Below are positions 57,361-64,000 of a stretch of 64,000 bases of DNA, one piece after another. The stretch comes from an uncultured bacterium (GTDB taxonomy: Bacteria; UBA8481), in the NCBI GenBank assembly GCA_964499705.1, contig CAZCME010000004.1:124001-188000 (forward strand), read 5' to 3'. A program made the translations under genes and the position numbers. Every line of letters begins with the position of its first letter. The first letter of the stretch is position 1. The notes under the pieces were generated by a model. That model saw only the letters and a list, made by a program, of their open reading frames with translations. It was not told the DNA's origin and did no database searches.

Positions 57361-60300
57361 TTACAGCGGACTGAGAACCCGGTCGCCGGAGTTGAAGAAG
57401 TTCTTGTAGCCGCCCTGGGCTCCGTTCGGATTGTTCTGGCCGTTTGGCGGATCGTGAACCGTCAGGTCGTGTCCGCCCGTGCCGGTGAGATTGCAGCTGC
57501 TGATCTGGATGGCACCCGTTCCCACGGAGACACGCTCCACGCCGAAACTGCCCGTGCTGACGATCGTGCCACCGGTGATCGTGACGCCGCCGGAGTTGTC
57601 CACATAGACGCCGCGGCCTGCCGAGCAATTGATATTGGGGCTCGTCAGGGTGATCGAGGCGCCGAAGCTGTTGATGTCCATGCCGTGGCTGGATGTTCCC
57701 GTGATGGATCCCGCGAAGTTGATCGCGCCGGATCCGCGGACCAGCACTCCGACGGATGTGCCGGAGATCGTCGTTCCCGAAGAAACGCTGACAGAACCGG
57801 ACGATCCGTTCGACGTGGAGATACCGGCGGACGTGGCGCCGGTTCCCGTGATCGAGTTCGACGCGCCGGACGTGGAGAGTGACGCGGTGCCGTTCAGATC
57901 GATCGACGAGCCGCTGCCGCCGTTGATGGTGTTGCTGCCGTTCAACTGGACCGTGCCGGCGGATGCCGTGATGCCGTTCGAACTCGGAGTATTGATCGTG
58001 ACACTGGAGAGCTGCACTGTCGTTCCGCCCGCAGTCGCATCGATCCGGAGACCCGTCTGGGAGCCCGTCAGCGTGGCGTTATTAATGGTCAGGTTGCCGG
58101 ACGCCGAAACGCGGACGTTGTCGGGGCTGTTGCCCGAGATCGTCGCGCCGCCCTGGATCGTCATCGATCCGGAGCTGTTATGCAGGATGCCTTCCGTTGT
58201 GTTGGAGGAATAGCTGCCGCCGCTGACCGTGACCGCGCCCGTGCTGTTGTTGGTGAGGCCGCGTCCGTTGCCGGTCGCGCTCACGTTCGTGAGCGAGGCC
58301 GTTGCCGAACCATTGACCTGGATGCCGGCGGCCGTGTTGCTGTTGATATTCGTGCCGCTCATCGTGAGCGAACCGGACGAGACATTGACGCCGTCGTTGT
58401 TGTTGCTGAGAGCGCCGTTGGTGTAATTCGCGCTGCCGCCGGAAATGAGGAGTCCTTCGCGCGCTCCATTATTCGTGATCGTCGCGCCGTTCAGGATCGC
58501 TGTGCCGCCCGAGGCGACCTCGACCTGGACGCCGTTGAATGTCGCGGCGCCGGCGTTCATGGTTCCCTGGACGATGATCCTTGATCCCGCGGTCGTCGTG
58601 ACGGAGACGCCGGAATTGACGTTCAGCGTATTGCCGGGTGCGACGGTAAAGTCCGCTGAAAGTGACTGATTGGTGTTCCATGTAACATTCGTGGACGCGG
58701 AGACATTGAAGGCAATGGTGCCGGTCTGACCGCGCTGGTCCGTAACTTTCACATACAACGTGCCTGCCGTGATGCCGCCTGTGACGGTCGCCGGGAAGGT
58801 CAGCGTCTGGGGATTTGTTGCGGTTGCGGGAGAAGCAATATTGATCGTTCCCACGGTGATGTTCGCTTCGTTCGTGACACCATCCGACTTCAGGATCTGA
58901 ACCGAAGAAATCGGAGTCACCATGTTATAGCCCTGTACCGTGAAGTTGTACGGCGTGCCGTCCGGCGAATCCATGACCGACCGATCGGTGGAAACAGATG
59001 TAACGTTCAGGGGGCCGGGCAGAGTGGAAACATTGAAAGTATTTTCCGCCGCGGAGGTGTTAGTACCGTCAGGATTTTGAACATAGATGCGGAGCGTTCG
59101 CGATGTCGGATCGTCGTTGTAGTACTGCGCCAGGAACCGCGAGAAGTCGATTCTCAGCTCCTCGGCGGAAACGAAGAATACTCCGCTGACCGCGACAAAC
59201 GGATTGCTGAGCGTCGTGATGTCGACAAACGCGCCTTGTCCCTGGTCATACCAGAATACTTTCGCTCCATTCTGGAAACAGGTGCCGTAGATGTTCGCGC
59301 TGAGCGGCCCGAACTCCTGGTAATCGCCGGTAAGATCCAGGGATGTGGGTAACCCGTAGACACTGGATACGGAAAGGTTGCAAACATTGGTGGGAGGCGG
59401 AGGCGGTGGTGGGGGCTCGCAATCCACGCACGTATCCTCGGGAACCGAACGGCCAAATGGCGAACTTCCGCCCCAGCTTATGAGAGTAAACGGCTGATTA
59501 TTGATCTGCCAGATCATGTCGGCTCTCAATCCGGAGAAGACTTGCTCCGTATCGACGGTCGCGTAACGGAATCGTCCATTCCACGTGATGTTGGCTCCGA
59601 GTCGATCATCTCCATACTTGGTAAGAGACGTGATGCTGGGTTCAAAAGAAGCTGTTGTCGTGATATCAAAGTCGTTTCTGATGGATTCCTGCAGCTTCGA
59701 ATTATCCAAGGCATTCCCATTGACGTTCGTACCCGCAAACGCCATGTTAACGTTCTGCATGAACGTCGCCTCGTCTTCGTTTACATAAGCCTCAAACATC
59801 GCCGTGATGAGCTTCGAGACTTCCGCGTTCGTGTCGAACGTCGTCCCGGTCGCCACTTCCAGGCCCGCTGACACTTCCGTCGTATTCGCATCGCGGTTGC
59901 CTGCCGCATCGCGGGCGCGCACAACGACGTAATACGTCGCCATCGCACTCAGGCCCTCGAATGTGTAGCTTGTCAAGCCGGCTGCGCTCGTCGCGGACGG
60001 CTCCATGAAGCTCTGCCCTTCGCTCGATGTCGCAAGGTAGAGATCATACAGAAGCCCCGCCGGAGGCGTTACATTGTCAGTCGCGGGCTCCCATGTTACG
60101 GTCGCGTTGCCGTTCGATCGGGAAATGGAAACGGCTCCGTTGAACGTCGGCGCCTTGTTGTCACCCACCGACGTGGAGACTTCCTTCGTATTCGCGTCGC
60201 GGTTTCCGGCTTCGTCCCGGGCGCGGACGACGACGAAATAGTTGGCGTTCAGATCAAGGTTCGTGAGGACGAAGGATGTCACGTTCATGCCCGTCGTCGC

Positions 60301-61227
60301 CGTGGGGATCCCGAAATCCTGCGCCGACGAGGAGGTTCCCGCGAAGATGTCATAGGAGATCCGGTCGGGCGTGGAACTGTCGTCGGAAGCAGGCTGCCAC
60401 ATGATCGTCACGTTGCCGCCATCCTTCGCCGCGGAAACCGCACCGCCGAATGTCGGTGGCGTCTGATCGGTCGATGTCGCCAGGGATCTGTCAATGTTCT
60501 GCAATGTACCGGAATCGGCGCCCGACGGATTGCCGGGAATCTGACCCGTGCGCGCGTTCAACTGCTGGCCGGTCGTGAGCGTTCGCTCCCAGTTGGGACC
60601 CGTCAGGCCGACTTCTCCCTCCAGGACCGTCGCGGTCAGTTCCAGTTCCTCTCCCTGGCCCTTGCCTTCTCCGAGCTTTTCATACCAAGGGGCTCCGCCG
60701 TCGAGATCGAGCTCGAACTTCGTGCCACGGACTCCGGCGACCGCCACGGGCGTATAGACGTTGTAGTTTCCAACGCGCCCTTCGGCGCGGTTGAAACCGG
60801 AACGCATGTCGCCGCTCTTCAAATCCATGCCGACGTCGTCCCTGGTGATCGCCTTCTGCAGCATGAAGAAGGCTCGGGCCGTCGTCTTGACCTGCTGAAG
60901 ATTTCCCACGGTCACTTCGGAGGATGCTCCGAGATCGAACGCCCCGAGGTCGGCGCCTTGTCCGGACACCTTAACCTTGCAGCTCGCGCCCGCCGCGGTC
61001 CGGATCTTGTCGCCTGTCTTCACTTCCCGGTTTGCCGATGCTTTAGTCCAAGTCGACTGACCGGCAGCCTTGACTTCCACGTTCCCCTTGACGACCGTGA
61101 TGATCGCTCGATGGCGGCCCGTAATCTGGGCAGCCGCTCCCTGCGCCCATGTCGGCGGAGCCAGGATCATCAGAAAAATGTTCACCAGTAAATACGAGGC
61201 CAGTTTCCGATTGAGGATCATCTTCAT
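57361..61227 (-). CDS. Large exported protein: FecR domain, 2 FN3, NTF2-like, Ig-like, right-handed beta-helix
   Basis: Signal peptide; GDKIRT..., TPVAVAGVRGT.F, VLEGEV; two W.PA.D..T....YD...Y.VVVRARD.AGNRD repeats; poly-Pro; G/S/N/T-rich beta-helix. Confidence 0.85.
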   Translation of the reverse strand: MKMILNRKLASYLLVNIFLMILAPPTWAQGAAAQITGRHRAIITVVKGNVEVKAAGQSTWTKASANREVKTGDKIRTAAGASCKVKVSGQGADLGAFDLGASSEVTVGNLQQVKTTARAFFMLQKAITRDDVGMDLKSGDMRSGFNRAEGRVGNYNVYTPVAVAGVRGTKFELDLDGGAPWYEKLGEGKGQGEELELTATVLEGEVGLTGPNWERTLTTGQQLNARTGQIPGNPSGADSGTLQNIDRSLATSTDQTPPTFGGAVSAAKDGGNVTIMWQPASDDSSTPDRISYDIFAGTSSSAQDFGIPTATTGMNVTSFVLTNLDLNANYFVVVRARDEAGNRDANTKEVSTSVGDNKAPTFNGAVSISRSNGNATVTWEPATDNVTPPAGLLYDLYLATSSEGQSFMEPSATSAAGLTSYTFEGLSAMATYYVVVRARDAAGNRDANTTEVSAGLEVATGTTFDTNAEVSKLITAMFEAYVNEDEATFMQNVNMAFAGTNVNGNALDNSKLQESIRNDFDITTTASFEPSITSLTKYGDDRLGANITWNGRFRYATVDTEQVFSGLRADMIWQINNQPFTLISWGGSSPFGRSVPEDTCVDCEPPPPPPPPTNVCNLSVSSVYGLPTSLDLTGDYQEFGPLSANIYGTCFQNGAKVFWYDQGQGAFVDITTLSNPFVAVSGVFFVSAEELRIDFSRFLAQYYNDDPTSRTLRIYVQNPDGTNTSAAENTFNVSTLPGPLNVTSVSTDRSVMDSPDGTPYNFTVQGYNMVTPISSVQILKSDGVTNEANITVGTINIASPATATNPQTLTFPATVTGGITAGTLYVKVTDQRGQTGTIAFNVSASTNVTWNTNQSLSADFTVAPGNTLNVNSGVSVTTTAGSRIIVQGTMNAGAATFNGVQVEVASGGTAILNGATITNNGAREGLLISGGSANYTNGALSNNNDGVNVSSGSLTMSGTNINSNTAAGIQVNGSATASLTNVSATGNGRGLTNNSTGAVTVSGGSYSSNTTEGILHNSSGSMTIQGGATISGNSPDNVRVSASGNLTINNATLTGSQTGLRIDATAGGTTVQLSSVTINTPSSNGITASAGTVQLNGSNTINGGSGSSIDLNGTASLSTSGASNSITGTGATSAGISTSNGSSGSVSVSSGTTISGTSVGVLVRGSGAINFAGSITGTSSHGMDINSFGASITLTSPNINCSAGRGVYVDNSGGVTITGGTIVSTGSFGVERVSVGTGAIQISSCNLTGTGGHDLTVHDPPNGQNNPNGAQGGYKNFFNSGDRVLSPL

Positions 61228-61552
61228 GGGTTGTTCAACCCCTTTCACAAGAAGTGCCCTTGCAGGAAGCAGGGCTCTGAATCACGTCACGCTGGAAGAA
61301 ACAGCTGCCCGGGCAGGGCAAAGCCGTTGGACCGTTTCGAAAGGCGTCCGACATCAGTGTAATGATAGACTGTTGGGAGAAAAGTCCGCAACAAGAATCA
61401 TGGTGCAAAATTATACACAGGTCGCGCTTCAATTCATGGATTTCGTGGCCTTCACCATCACTTTCCCACCCCTTCTCCCCTGTTGGGATTTCAAGATTCG
61501 GATTTAGGATTTCCGGACCTGCCGAAGTCCCGATACACTCCGTTGGACGATC

Positions 61553-62377
61553 ATGTCCTCAAAGAGTTCGCAGAAATTGACCCGTGTTCCTGTCGCGGTC
61601 GCTGGAGCGGGAGGAAGAATGGGAGGGCGCATCATCGCCCTGGCCGCCGCTTCCACCAGCGCGATACCCGCGGGTGCTCTCGAAGCCGCGGGCCATCCGT
61701 CCGTCGGAAAGGATGCCGGGCTTACCGCGGGATGCGGTGAGCTGGGAATTCCCATCACGTTCGAGATTCAGAAAGCTTTCGCCAATGCGAAAGTTCTGAT
61801 CGATTTCTCGGCGCCATCCGCGACCGTCCGCCATTCCGAGGCCGCCGCCGAACGGGGCCTCGGAGTCGTCATCGGCACGACCGGCCTGTCGGATGCGGAT
61901 CTGAAATCGCTCGCTGAAGTGGCGCGCCATGTCCCTCTCATCGTCGCTCCCAACATGTCGCTCGGCGTCAATCTCCTCTGCCGGATCGCTCCGCAGATCG
62001 TCAAGGCGCTCGGCTCCGCCTACGACATTGAGATCATCGAATCCCACCACAACAAGAAGAAGGACGCTCCCAGCGGTACCGCGCTCCGTCTCCTCGACGT
62101 CATTCTCGACGCCAGGAACGCCACGCGGACCGATGCCGTCTGGGGCCGCGAAGGGCGTGAAACCGCGCGGCGCGAGGGAGAAATCGGCGTTCACGCGGTG
62201 CGTGGCGGCGACATCGTCGGCGACCACACGATCCTCTTCGCGGGCCAGGGTGAACGCATCGAGCTCACGCATCGCGCCTCCTCGCGCGATACGTTCGCCC
62301 TCGGCGCACTCCGCGCCGCGGTCTTCATCGCGGGAAAACCGCCGGGACAATACACCATGGAGGATGTTCTCCTGTGA
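61553..62377 (+). CDS. dapB: 4-hydroxy-tetrahydrodipicolinate reductase
   Basis: GAGGRMG, IDFS, GTTG, APNMSLG, ESHHNKKKDAPSGTA. Confidence 0.97.
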   Translation: MSSKSSQKLTRVPVAVAGAGGRMGGRIIALAAASTSAIPAGALEAAGHPSVGKDAGLTAGCGELGIPITFEIQKAFANAKVLIDFSAPSATVRHSEAAAERGLGVVIGTTGLSDADLKSLAEVARHVPLIVAPNMSLGVNLLCRIAPQIVKALGSAYDIEIIESHHNKKKDAPSGTALRLLDVILDARNATRTDAVWGREGRETARREGEIGVHAVRGGDIVGDHTILFAGQGERIELTHRASSRDTFALGALRAAVFIAGKPPGQYTMEDVLL

Positions 62378-62742
62378 GCACGGTATCCGTGCGGCTGGAG
62401 CGAATCTCGCTCTGGTCCAATCATGGCATGGATGAATCCGAATCCCGGAACGGTGGCCCCTTCGAGCTGGATGTCGTCGTCAGTTATCCCGAGCCGGTCA
62501 ATCCCACGGAAGATTCGATCTTCGGCCGTCCCGACTACGCGCTCGTCGGTGCGCTCGTCAAGGAAACCTTTCTCGCGCGCCGCTTCGCCCTGATCGAACC
62601 GCTCGCGTCCCTCATCGCCGAGCGCATCCTCGATCGATTCTCCGGCGTGAAGGAAACTTCCGTCACGATCCGGAAGCTCCGCCCGGTCATGCCGCTTATC
62701 CTGGACCACGTCGAGGTCACCGTCGTCCGCGCGCGGAGATAA
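62374..62742 (+). CDS. folB: Dihydroneopterin aldolase
   Basis: HG..ESE...G.PFELDV, DYA, FALIE, VTIRK; precedes folK. Confidence 0.8.
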   Translation: MSTVSVRLERISLWSNHGMDESESRNGGPFELDVVVSYPEPVNPTEDSIFGRPDYALVGALVKETFLARRFALIEPLASLIAERILDRFSGVKETSVTIRKLRPVMPLILDHVEVTVVRARR

Positions 62743-63179
62743 TGCGCGTCTTCCTTGGGCTGGGCTCGAATGTCGGAGATCGCTCCGGGCACCTGGAGCA
62801 TGCGATCGACCGACTCCGGAGCATCCTCCTTGACGTGGAAACATCACCCTTCGTGGAAACAGTACCCCTCGACAGGCACGGCGCGGTCGACACCTCATCC
62901 CCTCCCTATCTGAACACCGTGGTTTCAGGCCGCTGCGATCTGTCACCTCGCGACCTTTTCAAGAAGCTCCTCGCCGTCGAAACCGACATGGGCCGCAAAC
63001 CGCATGAAAAGTCGCGGTATCTTCCGCGCGTCATCGATATCGACATTCTATATCTATCGGACGAGGATCGGCCGATCGTCATCCAGGACGACGATCTGGT
63101 CGTTCCGCACCCACGCCTGAAGAATCGACCGTTCTTCCTGGAACCGCTCGCCACATGGGGCATCGGTGAACCGCTCTAG
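62742..63179 (+). CDS. folK: 2-amino-4-hydroxy-6-hydroxymethyldihydropteridine diphosphokinase
   Basis: FLGLGSNVG, YLN, PRVIDIDIL, VPHPRL..RPF. Confidence 0.93.
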   Translation: MRVFLGLGSNVGDRSGHLEHAIDRLRSILLDVETSPFVETVPLDRHGAVDTSSPPYLNTVVSGRCDLSPRDLFKKLLAVETDMGRKPHEKSRYLPRVIDIDILYLSDEDRPIVIQDDDLVVPHPRLKNRPFFLEPLATWGIGEPL

Positions 63180-64000
63180 ATCGCTCATCGCGCGGCTCGT
63201 CCTGCCTCTCGCCATATTCTGGACGGGATCGAGCGTCGCGAACGCGGAGGAGTATGACGAGAGATGGGAGCTTATTCGGACCATGTACCGGACGGAGAGC
63301 TACCTGCAGGATATCGAAGCCTACTTGTCTCCCGATCCAGGTCCGATCTACACGGCCATCTGGCCGACACGGGCGCGAAGAATTTCTCCTCCTTCGACGG
63401 AATATGATCCGGCGCTGCAAGGTTCCCCTGCATTCGATCCGTCGATGGAATTTGCCCCTCGTTCCGAAGGAAGCCGCTTGCCGCACCCGTATTTCATGAC
63501 GCGCGACGAACGAGCGCGGGAACTCAATCCCGATGGGATCCTGGACATTCGAACCATGGAATACGTGCGCGAGATCTGTCGTGCACATTATCTGGCCGGC
63601 CAGCGCTGCGCGCGCCTCAACATCGAAGATTCGCATCAGGAATGGCTTGCCGACACGGAACTCGCGAAAACAACCGCAAGCGCGATCTATTACCTTTTTC
63701 TTCATCCCTATGAGCGAACCACGAAACTGATCCGGCCCTACGGCTTTCATGATTTCGACTCCGCAGCCGTTCTCCTGAATTCGACCGGTGATGTCGCATA
63801 CCTGGCATTTCGCCTGCTCCGACCCGTGGCGACATTCGCCGGAAGCATCGAGTGCGTGGGGGTGAAGATGGTCCGATCTACCCACGCGAAAGCCGCGCGA
63901 TCCGCGTTCATCCTCTGCTCGTGGATCGCCGTCGACGAAACGTCGTGGAACGATAAAACCGCGCTCGATCGCGAGAACCTGATCCGTTGGTCGAACGCCA
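63166..64000 (+). CDS. Exported hypothetical protein (runs off window end)
   Basis: Not in ORF track; open frame from GTG 63166 (MNRSRSLIARLVLPLAIFWTGSSVANA-EEY...) with no stop to 64000. Confidence 0.65.
   Translation, partial: MNRSRSLIARLVLPLAIFWTGSSVANAEEYDERWELIRTMYRTESYLQDIEAYLSPDPGPIYTAIWPTRARRISPPSTEYDPALQGSPAFDPSMEFAPRSEGSRLPHPYFMTRDERARELNPDGILDIRTMEYVREICRAHYLAGQRCARLNIEDSHQEWLADTELAKTTASAIYYLFLHPYERTTKLIRPYGFHDFDSAAVLLNSTGDVAYLAFRLLRPVATFAGSIECVGVKMVRSTHAKAARSAFILCSWIAVDETSWNDKTALDRENLIRWSNA

Noticed and set aside
63079-63885. 268-aa minus-strand ORF
   Set aside because: The plus-strand frame from 63166 with a signal peptide, overlapping the folK end, is more plausible

Overview
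GC-rich (~60%+ by eye) chromosomal segment of a diderm bacterium (OmpA, Mla/MCE, outer-membrane beta-barrel, DapL). All calls are from motif reading by eye, with no database searches. Left part (~1-25.8 kb) is an accessory signalling/stress-envelope region: a FecR-like/diguanylate cyclase/MshEN-ATPase operon, a lipid kinase/phosphatase trio, an NtrC-type regulator, MlaEFD, OsmC + Lpd-like reductase, MazF, a transglutaminase, a NarL-type regulator with two tandem RsbU_N-like HisKA_3 proteins, an OmpA repeat protein, SYLF, a PAS kinase, a truncated CheR, CsbD and YggT. About 12 copies of a 19-nt box, nearly all 19-21 nt upstream of a -10-like hexamer, tie most of these units into a putative regulon. 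A tRNA cluster (Ser-TGA, Ala-CGC, Ser-GGA) encloses two secreted proteins that together resemble a split vitellogenin/MTP-type lipid-transfer protein. The right part is mostly housekeeping (ruvA-pepA-ruvB, ilvC, dapL, ppx, dusB, murJ, aminosugar genes, panB, dgk, sua5, dapB-folB-folK), interspersed with nucleotidyltransferase TA-like pairs, pseudogene debris and a large FecR/FN3/beta-helix surface protein. No CRISPR array, rRNA, integrase or transposase was seen.
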